From assembly GCA_964593455.1 (NCBI GenBank), contig CAZQHK010000006.1, forward strand, positions 49,225 to 113,224: DNA of 64,000 nt, in the 5' to 3' direction. The first letter of the stretch is position 1, and each line of letters starts with the position of its first letter. Shown in pieces: positions 20,891-29,984 of the stretch. The DNA is from an uncultured bacterium. GTDB lineage: Bacteria > Muiribacteriota > CAYSPT01. The translations under genes and the position numbers were made by a program. The notes below the pieces were generated by a model. The model saw only the letters and a program-made list of their open reading frames with translations, was not told where the DNA came from and ran no database searches.

Positions 20891-21727
20891 ATGAGGATCA
20901 GCAGGAACGAAGTTCTACATCTGGAAAGTATTTGCCGGCAAGTCAGACGTGATATCTTGGGGATGCTCTTGACGGCCGGCAGCGGTCATGCGGGTGGCTC
21001 CCTCTCTGCTGTTGAATTACTCGTTGCCCTCTACTGGAAGGTCCTCCGCCACGATGCGTCCAACCCCTCATGGACTGACCGCGACCGTTTCATATTGTCC
21101 AAAGGACATGCATGTCCGGTGTTATACTCGGTACTGGCTCGGCGCGGTTTTTTCCCGGTGAGCGATCTCAGCACACTCAGAAAACAGGGGAGCATACTTC
21201 AGGGACATCCTGATTTTAGAAAAACACCGGGAATCGATGTTTCCACCGGATCGTTGGGGCAGGGACTATCCATTGCCAATGGCCTTTCATTGGGCGGAAG
21301 ATTCCAGCAGAAAAATTACCGTGTCTATTGCTTGTTGGGGGATGGAGAGATCCAGGAAGGACAGGTGTGGGAGGCGGCTATGACCGCCGCCCACTACCAT
21401 TTGAACACGGTCTGCGCCATTGTAGACAACAACGGTTTGCAGATAGACGGCCGAATCGAAGAGGTCAAGAATATCTATCCCATCACTGAGAAGTGGCGTG
21501 CCTTCAATTGGCATGTGGTGGAAGTTGATGGACATGATCTGCGTCAGATACTGGCCGCTTATACTAAAGCCATACGAACCCGCAAGCGTCCCACGCTTAT
21601 TTTGGCGCATACCATTAAAGGAAAAGGAATATCTTTTATAGAGGAGCAGGTTGACTGGCACGGGAAAGCCCCGAATCAAGACGAGTACGAGCGCGCCATG
21701 GAAGAGTTGGCGGAGCAAGAAGCGTAG
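20891..21727 (+). CDS. Transketolase, N-terminal (TPP-binding) subunit
   Basis: SGHAGGSLS, DRFILSKGHA, LQGHP, TGSLGQG and GDGEIQEG. Confidence 0.93.
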   Translation: MRISRNEVLHLESICRQVRRDILGMLLTAGSGHAGGSLSAVELLVALYWKVLRHDASNPSWTDRDRFILSKGHACPVLYSVLARRGFFPVSDLSTLRKQGSILQGHPDFRKTPGIDVSTGSLGQGLSIANGLSLGGRFQQKNYRVYCLLGDGEIQEGQVWEAAMTAAHYHLNTVCAIVDNNGLQIDGRIEEVKNIYPITEKWRAFNWHVVEVDGHDLRQILAAYTKAIRTRKRPTLILAHTIKGKGISFIEEQVDWHGKAPNQDEYERAMEELAEQEA

Positions 21728-21745
21728 AAAGTAAGTGAAGAGATT

Positions 21746-22735
21746 TTGAAGATAGTTGATATTAGTCTGGCTGACATGGAGATGAAACCTACCCGTGACG
21801 GCTATGGTGACGGGCTCCTGGCTTTGTGCCGTACCCGGCCTGATGTGGTGGTGCTGGATGCCGACCTGGCCAAGTCCACGAGAACCATATGGGTTCGGGA
21901 AAAGTATCCGGAGCGGTTCTTCGATCTGGGAATCTCCGAGCAGGATATGCTCAGCACTGCTGCCGGCCTGGCTTTGTCGGGTCTGGTGCCGTTCGTGACC
22001 ACTTATGGAGTCTTTGTGGCCGGCCGCGCCTGGGACCAGATCCGAACCTCCATCTGCTATTGCAACTTGAATGTAGTTATCGGCGGGGCCCACGGTGGAG
22101 TATCGGTGGGTCCGGACGGAGCTACACACCAGGCGCTGGAGGAAATTGCCATCATGAGAGCCATTCCCAATATGACTGTTATTGTGCCTGCCGACTATCA
22201 TGAAACTCAAAAAGCTACCATCGCTGCGGCTGATATTCAGGGCCCGGTTTACCTGCGTTTCGGAAGGGAACCGGTGCCGGTAGTAACAACGGTTACTACT
22301 CCCTTTACCGTCGGCCGGGCGGAAATATACCGAAGCGGTAATGATGTTGGTATCATTGCTGCGGGCGCTATGGTATTTGAAGCTTTAATGGCCGCACGGA
22401 TTCTGGCAGCGGATGGAATCCAGGCTCGAGTGATCAACTGTCACACGATCAAACCGCTCGACCGTGATACACTGCTGGCCGTCGCCAGTGAATGCGGTGC
22501 TTTGGTGACTGCGGAAGAGCATCAGATTAACGGTGGTCTGGGAGGAGCGGTGGCCGAACTAATGGTCCGTGAATACCCGGTGCCCGTTGAAATGGTAGCG
22601 GTCCTCGACCGGTTCGGGGAGTCAGGACAACCGGACGAGCTTATGCTAACCTTTGGCTTGACCTACAAAGACATCGCCCGTGCCGCCAAGCGGGCAGTGG
22701 AGAGGAAAACAGCGTATCGTGAAACGACTGGCTGA
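21746..22735 (+). CDS. Transketolase, C-terminal subunit (start may be ATG 21776)
   Basis: LDADLAKST, GISEQ, GPDGATHQ, PVYLRFGR and EEH..GGLG. Confidence 0.93.
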   Translation: MKIVDISLADMEMKPTRDGYGDGLLALCRTRPDVVVLDADLAKSTRTIWVREKYPERFFDLGISEQDMLSTAAGLALSGLVPFVTTYGVFVAGRAWDQIRTSICYCNLNVVIGGAHGGVSVGPDGATHQALEEIAIMRAIPNMTVIVPADYHETQKATIAAADIQGPVYLRFGREPVPVVTTVTTPFTVGRAEIYRSGNDVGIIAAGAMVFEALMAARILAADGIQARVINCHTIKPLDRDTLLAVASECGALVTAEEHQINGGLGGAVAELMVREYPVPVEMVAVLDRFGESGQPDELMLTFGLTYKDIARAAKRAVERKTAYRETTG

Positions 22736-22818
22736 CCGGACATGAGTTTTCAATGCTCATTCTTCAGAGGATGGTTGGCCAAGCCAGTAGCGAAGAACGT
22801 AAACAGGAGGTGTTGTTC

Positions 22819-23355
22819 ATGCGGGAAAAATTATTGCACTTGATTCCGGAGTTCAATGAAGTACGTGATCACGTCTTATCGGGAGCCGTTATCAAAACCT
22901 GGGAAACTGCGCTTAACGAGTCGGGAATGACTCCCGAGGATCTGGTTGATATGCCCTTTACCCTGTTGATCAATCCTTGCCCGGTTAACTTTATTCAGCA
23001 CACGCGGGCGGTGACCAGGCTGGCTCTGGCGGCGGCTGATATTTACGAACAGATTCACGATATCAAACTGAAACGCGATCTTTTAGCTGCCGGGGCATTG
23101 TTGCATGATGTGGGCAAAATTGTCGAATATCGACGCGACGGCAACACCTTCGTAAAAAGCGATACCGGCCACTTTCTCCGGCATCCGTTTACCGGTGTCA
23201 GCCTGGCGTTGAAGTGCGGAATCCCGCCTGAAGCAGCCCACATGATCGCGGCCCATTCCAGGGAAGGCGACATCGGGCAGCGAACGCCGGAATCCTGGAT
23301 CATCCATTACGCCGATTTCTCCAATTTCGAGCCGCTTCGCGCGATGAATTTATAG
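22819..23355 (+). CDS. HD-domain phosphohydrolase
   Basis: QHTRAV, LLHDVGK, RHPFTG, AHS.EGD and HYAD; GGAGG RBS before ATG 22819. Confidence 0.85.
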   Translation: MREKLLHLIPEFNEVRDHVLSGAVIKTWETALNESGMTPEDLVDMPFTLLINPCPVNFIQHTRAVTRLALAAADIYEQIHDIKLKRDLLAAGALLHDVGKIVEYRRDGNTFVKSDTGHFLRHPFTGVSLALKCGIPPEAAHMIAAHSREGDIGQRTPESWIIHYADFSNFEPLRAMNL

Positions 23356-23367
23356 GTAGATTGAGGT

Positions 23368-24645
23368 ATGAGATTGAATAGAGGGAAGACATTCGCTGAA
23401 AAAGTTTTAGCTGCCAAAGCGGGAAAACGTGACGTTTCTCCACAGGAGATCGTCCAGGTAGAACCTGACCTGGTGCTTTCCCACGACAACTCGGCGGCTA
23501 TTTCCGGACATTTTAAAAAAATTGGTGTGACCCGGGTGTGGAATGCTCTCCGGGTGGCAATAGTGCTCGATCACTGCGTTCCTGCCGCCAACTCCAAACA
23601 TGCCGACAACCACCGGATCATCCGTGAGTTTGTTCTGGAACAGGGAATCTCCAGGTTCCGGGATATCGGGCGCGGTGTGTGTCATCAAGTAGTGCTTGAG
23701 GAAGGATGGGTGCTGCCCGGTCAGCTGGCGGTAGGGTCCGATTCCCATACCACCACCTACGGAGCGGTTGGTGCTTTCAGTGCCGGAATCGGCCGAACGG
23801 AAGCCGCGGCCACCTGGGCAATGGGTGAAATCTGGCTCAAGGTGCCGGAAAGCATTAAGTTCTGGCTAACCGGCCGGTTTTTACCGGGTGTCACGGTTAA
23901 AGATCTGGTATTGAAAATAATTGCCGACATCGGTGCTGCCGGCGCCGATTACGCTTCATGTGAATTCCTCGGGCCGGCTATTAGAGATTTATCGGTCCCG
24001 GACAGGATGGTGCTGTGCAATATGGCGGCGGAAATGGGAGCCAAAAACGGAGTTGTGCCTGCTGATGAGGTAACCTTGCGCTGGCTTGCCGATCAGGGTG
24101 TCGATGATATCGGAAGTGTTGAAACGATACTTCCCGATCCGGATGCCGTTTACCGTCAGAGCTACGAGTATGAGCTTGCCGCCATCAGTCCCATGGTGGC
24201 TGCACCCCATAAAGTGGATACCGGCGTGCCGGTGGGTGAACTGGCCGGATTGAAGATAAACCAGGTCGTTCTCGGCACCTGTACCAATGGACGACTTACC
24301 GATCTACACCAGGCGGCCGGTATTCTGACCGGTAAGAGAGTGGCTTTTGGAACCAGGCTGATTGTCGTCCCCGCTTCCAGCCGGGTGTACGCTGCGGCGG
24401 TGAAAGATGGAACCGTGGCCGATCTTATCGAAGCCGGCGCTGTCATATGTAATCCCGGGTGCGGACCATGTCTCGGGGCGCATCAGGGAGCCCTGGCTCC
24501 GGGAGAAGTATGTTTGGCAACGTCTAACCGCAACTTTAAAGGACGAATGGGATGTAAAGATGCTGAGATATATCTGGCCTCACCGTATACTGTCGCGGCC
24601 ACGGCGGTAACCGGTGTCATCACGGATCCTCGAGAGTTTTTGTAA
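23368..24645 (+). CDS. leuC: 3-isopropylmalate dehydratase/homoaconitase large subunit
   Basis: HDN, DH..P, GVCHQ, DSHTTTYGA, GTCTNGR, CGPCLG and SNRNFKGRMG. Confidence 0.88.
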   Translation: MRLNRGKTFAEKVLAAKAGKRDVSPQEIVQVEPDLVLSHDNSAAISGHFKKIGVTRVWNALRVAIVLDHCVPAANSKHADNHRIIREFVLEQGISRFRDIGRGVCHQVVLEEGWVLPGQLAVGSDSHTTTYGAVGAFSAGIGRTEAAATWAMGEIWLKVPESIKFWLTGRFLPGVTVKDLVLKIIADIGAAGADYASCEFLGPAIRDLSVPDRMVLCNMAAEMGAKNGVVPADEVTLRWLADQGVDDIGSVETILPDPDAVYRQSYEYELAAISPMVAAPHKVDTGVPVGELAGLKINQVVLGTCTNGRLTDLHQAAGILTGKRVAFGTRLIVVPASSRVYAAAVKDGTVADLIEAGAVICNPGCGPCLGAHQGALAPGEVCLATSNRNFKGRMGCKDAEIYLASPYTVAATAVTGVITDPREFL

Positions 24646-24680
24646 CATCGGTTTCCACGCTCCGAAAAAGTCTGCTTCTT

Positions 24681-24709
24681 TTGACATTTTATCCGCGCGG
24701 TGATACAAT
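24681..24709 (+). promoter_or_regulatory. sigma70 promoter upstream of serA
   Basis: TTGACA-17 nt-TACAAT with an extended TG. Confidence 0.7.
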
Positions 24710-24779
24710 TTCCACGGTATTTTGTATACAAAACTAGAGTTTACAGCTGGACCGTCAAGATATGTGGAAGGCAAGGTGA

Positions 24780-25742
24780 ATGCGTATGAAGATCTTGATT
24801 TGTGATTCGACTGCCAACGAGGCAATCGAAAAGATGCGCGCGGAACCGACTATCGAAGCAGTGGATGTGAAAACCGGTATGAGTCCCGAAGAAGTGATTC
24901 AGACCATACCCGGGTACGACGCGTGCATGGTGCGGAGTGCCACCAAGATTAGACAGAACATTATCGACGCGGCTAAGAACCTCAAACTGATTGTCAGGGG
25001 AGGGGTGGGGCTTGATAATATCGACGTGGCCTACGCTGAGGAAAAGGGTATTACTGTCAGGAACACGCCTGTGGCCAGCTGTATCAGCGTGGCCGAACTG
25101 GTTTTCGCCCACGCGCTGGCCATGTCCCGTCACGTGGTGACGGCCACCACGGCCCTGAAAGAAGGCCGGTGGACCAAAAAACAGTGCAAAGGAGTAGAAC
25201 TGTTCGGTAAGACTATCGGAATCATCGGCCTCGGCTGTATCGGGAAGGAAGTTGCCTGCCGGGCGGTAGGATTCGGCATGAAACCGGTGGCTTACGATCC
25301 ATATATCAATGATACGGTAGTTGACTACAAGGACGTTTCCATCCCCGTACTGAAATCCGTAGACGAACTTTTTGGGATGGCCGATTTTATTACCATCCAC
25401 GTACCGCTCACCCAGGAAACCAGGTACATAATTGACCGGGACGGTATCGCTAAAATGAAGGACTGTGTCCGGATCATCAACTGCGGCCGCGGGGGAACGG
25501 TCAACGAGTCGGCGGTTCTGGAAGGAATCGAGAGCGGTAAAATCGCCAGCGCTGCCCTGGATGTAATGGAAGAAGAACCGGCCACTGACAATGCACTGAT
25601 CAAGAGTTCGGACAAGGTCATCGGCACCCCGCATGTTGGTGCCTCCACCAGTGAGGCCACATTCCGGGTCGGAATGGAAGTAGCCGACATCATGATCGCT
25701 TTCGCCCGCCAACTGGCAGGACAGATGGAAGTTGGAGCCTAA
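24780..25742 (+). CDS. serA: D-3-phosphoglycerate dehydrogenase (short form, no ACT domain)
   Basis: VRSATK, GVGLDNID, GIIGLGCIG, HVP, INCGRGG and TPHVGAST. Confidence 0.85.
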   Translation: MRMKILICDSTANEAIEKMRAEPTIEAVDVKTGMSPEEVIQTIPGYDACMVRSATKIRQNIIDAAKNLKLIVRGGVGLDNIDVAYAEEKGITVRNTPVASCISVAELVFAHALAMSRHVVTATTALKEGRWTKKQCKGVELFGKTIGIIGLGCIGKEVACRAVGFGMKPVAYDPYINDTVVDYKDVSIPVLKSVDELFGMADFITIHVPLTQETRYIIDRDGIAKMKDCVRIINCGRGGTVNESAVLEGIESGKIASAALDVMEEEPATDNALIKSSDKVIGTPHVGASTSEATFRVGMEVADIMIAFARQLAGQMEVGA

Positions 25743-25765
25743 CGTATTAAGGAGGTTGAACAAAC

Positions 25766-26851
25766 ATGGCTTACAAACTTTTTATTCCCGGCCCGACAGA
25801 AGTTAACGAAGAAGTCAGGGAAAAAATGTCGGTAGAGATGATGGGGCACCGGAGCAAAACGTTCTCAGTGCTCTATGACCAGGTTTCCAGCAAGTTGAAA
25901 AAGATGCTCGGTACTCAAAACCGTGTATTCCTTTCAACCAGTTCGGCTCTGGGAGTCATGGAGGCCTGTGTCCGTAACCTGGTAAAAAACAAGTCGCTCA
26001 ATCTGGTATGCGGCGCTTTTTCCGACCGTTGGTATAAAATGGTAGGAGAATGCGGTAAACAGGCTGACAAAATCGAAGTGGAATGGGGCCGGGCTATTAA
26101 GCCGGAGATGGTGGATGAAAAGCTGAAGACCGGACAGTATGACACCCTGTTCATCACGCATAACGAGACATCTACCGGAGTTATGAACCCTATCGCCGAG
26201 ATCATGGCAGTGGCCCGGAAATATCCGGATATCGTGGTCTGTGTAGACGCGGTTAGCTCACTGGCCGGGGCAAAAATAGAGGTAGATAAACTGGGACTCG
26301 ATGTCTGTCTCGCTTCGGTACAGAAAAGCTTTGCCTTGCCGCCGGGACTGGCTATTTTTTCCTGTTCTCAGAAGGCCATCGACCGGAGTAAGGAAGTTGA
26401 AGGCCGCGGTTACTATTTCGATTTTCAAATGTTTGTCAAATACGATGATAAATCACAGACCATATCAACGCCCTCCATCGCGCACATCAATGCGTTGAAT
26501 TACCAGCTCGACCGTATATTGGCTGAAAGTATGGATAAGCGCGAAGCCCGGCTCACTGAGATGGCCGAGTACACCAGGCAGTGGGCTTTGGATCAGGGAT
26601 TCGAACTGTTCTCGGAGCCAGGGTACGAGAGTGTCACGCTCACCTGCATTAAAAATAACCTCGGTATCGATGTTGCCGCAGTTATCAACCAGGTCAAAGA
26701 GCTGGGTATGGAATTTGGAAACGGTTATGGCAAGGTCAAAGGACAGGCTTTTAGAATTGCTCATATGGGAGATCTCTGCATGGCCGACATCAAGGCTGTA
26801 ACCGGTGCGATTGCGGCGGTAATTGGAAGTTCAACACAGGCTGAAGTGTAG
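25766..26851 (+). CDS. Class V PLP aminotransferase (phosphoserine/serine-pyruvate aminotransferase-like)
   Basis: LFIPGPT, HRS, HNETSTG, DAVSS, SVQKSFALPPG and FRIAHMG; lies next to serA. Confidence 0.85.
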   Translation: MAYKLFIPGPTEVNEEVREKMSVEMMGHRSKTFSVLYDQVSSKLKKMLGTQNRVFLSTSSALGVMEACVRNLVKNKSLNLVCGAFSDRWYKMVGECGKQADKIEVEWGRAIKPEMVDEKLKTGQYDTLFITHNETSTGVMNPIAEIMAVARKYPDIVVCVDAVSSLAGAKIEVDKLGLDVCLASVQKSFALPPGLAIFSCSQKAIDRSKEVEGRGYYFDFQMFVKYDDKSQTISTPSIAHINALNYQLDRILAESMDKREARLTEMAEYTRQWALDQGFELFSEPGYESVTLTCIKNNLGIDVAAVINQVKELGMEFGNGYGKVKGQAFRIAHMGDLCMADIKAVTGAIAAVIGSSTQAEV

Positions 26852-26893
26852 GTTTCGAGCAAGCAGGAAGTGTGGAAAGTGAGGTTAGAGCTT

Positions 26894-28150
26894 ATGATAA
26901 CTATCAAGCCATTCAAAGGATACCGTCCTCCGAAAGAGCTTTCCCGGAAACTGGCCTCCTATCCGTACGATGTTATCAATTCTGATGAAGCCAGAGAAAT
27001 TGCTGATGGCAACTCGTGTAGTTTCCTGCACGTCATAAAACCCGAGATCGATCTTCCCGAGGGGACCGATCTTTACGATCCCGCGGTGTACCGTACCGGA
27101 GCGGAAAACCTCCAGGCGTTTATTGCCAAAGGATGGCTCGTCAAGGATCGGGGACCCCGGATGTATGTGTACCAGCAGAAAATGGGCAATCACGTGCAAA
27201 CCGGATTGGTATGTTGCTGTTCCGTTGACGATTACTGGGAAGACCGGATCAAGAAGCACGAGCATACGCGGGCTACCAAGGAAGAAGACCGGGTCAAGCA
27301 CGTTGATGTTTTAAACGCCAACACCGGGCCGGTGTTCCTTACCTACCAGGCTGATCGGAAAATCGATGCCATCATCAGATGGTCGCTGAGTAAGGAACCG
27401 GAGCACGATTTCAAAGCGAATGACGGTATTGCCCACAGGCTTACTGTCATTGAAGACCCGGAGATCATCACCGAACTTGCTAAAAGCTTCCAGCGGGTTG
27501 ACTGTCTCTATGTTGCCGACGGGCATCACCGGGCGAAATCCGCCGCTCGTGTCGGAAAAATGAGGAGGGAACAGAATCCCGACCATACCGGTACGGAAGA
27601 GTACAATTTTTTCCTGACAGTTCTCTTTCCGCACGACGAGCTTATGATCATGGATTATAACCGGGTTGTCAAGGACCTGGATGGAATGTCTTCCGAGGAG
27701 CTGCTTGAGAAAATAGAAGGCAAGTTCACGATCCAACCATATATACCGGAAGAGTTAAAACCTAACTTTAAACCGGAACGGAAAGGAACTTTTGGTATGT
27801 ATCTGAATAAGCAATGGTACGTACTTGAAGCCCAAAAGGGAACCTATGATGAACAGGATTCGGTGGAACGGCTAGACGTCAGTATACTGCAGAACAACCT
27901 GTTGAGCCCGGTCCTCAAAATAGGTGATCCCCGGGAAGATAAGCGGATCGATTTTATCGGTGGCATCAGGGGAATGAAAGAGTTAAAGAAACTGGTTGAC
28001 AACGGCCGTTTCCAGGTGGCGTTTTCTTTATATCCCACCTCCATAACCGACCTGATGAGCGTGGCCGATTCAGGCCGGGTCATGCCGCCCAAGTCTACCT
28101 GGTTCGAGCCAAAATTACGAAGCGGCTTGATAGTGCATATGCTGACATAA
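26894..28150 (+). CDS. DUF1015 family protein
   Basis: IKPFKGYRP, PYDVI, IKKHE.T, YVADGHHR and MPPKSTWFEPKLRSGL. Confidence 0.9.
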   Translation: MITIKPFKGYRPPKELSRKLASYPYDVINSDEAREIADGNSCSFLHVIKPEIDLPEGTDLYDPAVYRTGAENLQAFIAKGWLVKDRGPRMYVYQQKMGNHVQTGLVCCCSVDDYWEDRIKKHEHTRATKEEDRVKHVDVLNANTGPVFLTYQADRKIDAIIRWSLSKEPEHDFKANDGIAHRLTVIEDPEIITELAKSFQRVDCLYVADGHHRAKSAARVGKMRREQNPDHTGTEEYNFFLTVLFPHDELMIMDYNRVVKDLDGMSSEELLEKIEGKFTIQPYIPEELKPNFKPERKGTFGMYLNKQWYVLEAQKGTYDEQDSVERLDVSILQNNLLSPVLKIGDPREDKRIDFIGGIRGMKELKKLVDNGRFQVAFSLYPTSITDLMSVADSGRVMPPKSTWFEPKLRSGLIVHMLT

Positions 28151-28177
28151 AATAGATAGAAAGTAAGGTAAGAGATT

Positions 28178-28792
28178 GTGGAAAGTAAGAAAGAACCCGG
28201 GCGGAGGCTGGTTCATTCCTCCAAAGATGCGTGTCAACATGGTGGCGTAGCGGAAACAGGGTGGTCCCACCCTCAAGCAGGAAGCGTAGAAAGTAAGGTA
28301 TGGGTGTTTGGGGATGATGTTAATACTGATGTCATTTTTCCCGGAAAGTATACGTATACGATAACTGATCCGAAAGAAATGGCTCAACATGCCATGGAGG
28401 ATGCGGATGAGCGGTTTGCCCGGGAAGTCAAGGCAGGGGATGTCATTGTCGCGGGCAGAAATTTCGGTTGCGGATCTTCCCGTGAGCAGGCGGTAAAATG
28501 TCTGAAGGCGGCCGGAGTGGCCGCAATTCTGGCCGGTTCCATCGCCAGAATCTATTTCAGGAATGCGATTAACGAAGGGTTGCCGGTGGCTGTAGTACCA
28601 GGGCTTTCAGATTCGGTTGATACAGGGGATCATATACAGATCGACTTTTCAGCTGGAACGGTTATCACCGAGACAGAAACGTTCTCGTTCACCCCGTTAA
28701 CCGGCCCGGCCCGGGACATTCTCGAGACCGGTGGTCTCATACCGTATGTCCGGGATAAACTGACGAAGAAAAAACAGCAAGAGGAGATATAA
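28178..28792 (+). CDS. leuD: 3-isopropylmalate dehydratase/homoaconitase small subunit with a repeat-derived N-terminus
   Basis: KVWVFGDDVNTD, NFGCGSSREQA, ARIYFRNAINEG and GGLI. Start uncertain. Confidence 0.85.
   Translation: MESKKEPGRRLVHSSKDACQHGGVAETGWSHPQAGSVESKVWVFGDDVNTDVIFPGKYTYTITDPKEMAQHAMEDADERFAREVKAGDVIVAGRNFGCGSSREQAVKCLKAAGVAAILAGSIARIYFRNAINEGLPVAVVPGLSDSVDTGDHIQIDFSAGTVITETETFSFTPLTGPARDILETGGLIPYVRDKLTKKKQQEEI
28228..28299 (-). repeat. Half copy of the ~138-bp MITE-like element inside the leuD 5' end
   Basis: GTGTCAACAT...GGTGGTCCCACCCTCAAGCAGGAAGCGTAGAAAGTAAGGT matches the reverse complement of 60877-60950. Confidence 0.8.
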
Positions 28793-28795
28793 AGA

Positions 28796-29938
28796 ATGGC
28801 AAAATACAAAATTGCATGGCTACCCGGTGACGGGGTTGGCAACGATGTTATGGAAGCGGCTCGCATCGTACTTGATGCGCTTGAACTCGATGCCGAATAC
28901 ATCCACGGAGACGTAGGCTGGAAGTTCTGGTGCAGTGAAGGAACACCGCTTCCTGATAGGACTGTCCGGCTTTTGAAGGAGACGGACTGCTGTCTGTTCG
29001 GGGCAATTACCTCAAAACCAAAAGAAGAAGCGGCGGCAGAATTGGTACCGCATCTTCGTGATCAGGATCTTAGCTATTTCAGCCCGATTGTCCGTATGCG
29101 TCAGGAGTTCAAATTGAGGACGAATTTCAGGCCTTGCAAAGCGTACAAAGGCAACCCTCTCAATTACCAGGACGGTATCGATATAGTGGTGTTCCGGGAA
29201 AACACCGAAGGGCTTTACTCCGGGGTGGAGTTTCATCCCGTACCGGAGCCGGTGCGCGATGTGCTGAACAGGCATGCTCCTAAGATAAAGCGTTTCCAGG
29301 CGGTTGCCAATGAAGATATGGCTATATCCTGCCGTATCTTTACCCGTGAAGGCTGTCGCAGTATCATCCGGGACGCCTTCGAGTATGCCAAAAAGATGGG
29401 CCGCGGTAATGTGACCGTGGTAGAAAAACCGAATGTCATCAGGGAAACGAGCGGATTGATGGTTCGTACCGCCCGGGAAGTGAGCAAAGACTATCCGGGA
29501 ATTGAACTCTGGGAAACCAACATCGATGCCATGTGTATGTGGCTTATAAAGAATCCACATACCTATAGCGTGTTGGCTACATCCAACATGTTCGGGGACA
29601 TCGTGTCCGATCTGTGCGCTCAACTGGTGGGAGGTCTCGGATTTGCCGCCAGCGGTAACATAGGCGATGACTATGCCATCTTCGAACCTACCCATGGCTC
29701 CGCGCCCAAGTATGACGGGTTGTATAAAGTTAATCCCATGGCAATGCTGTTGGCCACCAAGCTTATGCTGGAGTGGCTGGCGGAAAACAGCCTGGCTCAA
29801 CGGCTGGAAGCCTCTATCGCCGAGGTCATTCGCGAGGGACAGGTAAAGACCTACGATATGGGCGGTTCAAGCACTACTCTCGATGTGGCCCGCGAGGTGG
29901 CGTCGAAGCTCGGTAGTGCCTGCCACGCCGCCTCATAG
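28796..29938 (+). CDS. Isocitrate/isopropylmalate/homoisocitrate dehydrogenase family protein
   Basis: LPGDGVG, LFGAITS, YFSPIV.MR, RENTEGLY, NMFGDIVSDL and FEPTHGSAP. Confidence 0.9.
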   Translation: MAKYKIAWLPGDGVGNDVMEAARIVLDALELDAEYIHGDVGWKFWCSEGTPLPDRTVRLLKETDCCLFGAITSKPKEEAAAELVPHLRDQDLSYFSPIVRMRQEFKLRTNFRPCKAYKGNPLNYQDGIDIVVFRENTEGLYSGVEFHPVPEPVRDVLNRHAPKIKRFQAVANEDMAISCRIFTREGCRSIIRDAFEYAKKMGRGNVTVVEKPNVIRETSGLMVRTAREVSKDYPGIELWETNIDAMCMWLIKNPHTYSVLATSNMFGDIVSDLCAQLVGGLGFAASGNIGDDYAIFEPTHGSAPKYDGLYKVNPMAMLLATKLMLEWLAENSLAQRLEASIAEVIREGQVKTYDMGGSSTTLDVAREVASKLGSACHAAS

Positions 29939-29984
29939 CATATGCTTTGAAACCTTTTCAAGAATTTCAGATGGGAGTTCGGGG

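Noticed and set aside
24741-25763. Long antisense ORFs (e.g. 24741-25763, 53499-54485, 21287-22210, 14108-15031, 19814-20710)
   Set aside because: They are shadow frames opposite well-supported genes and have no motifs.
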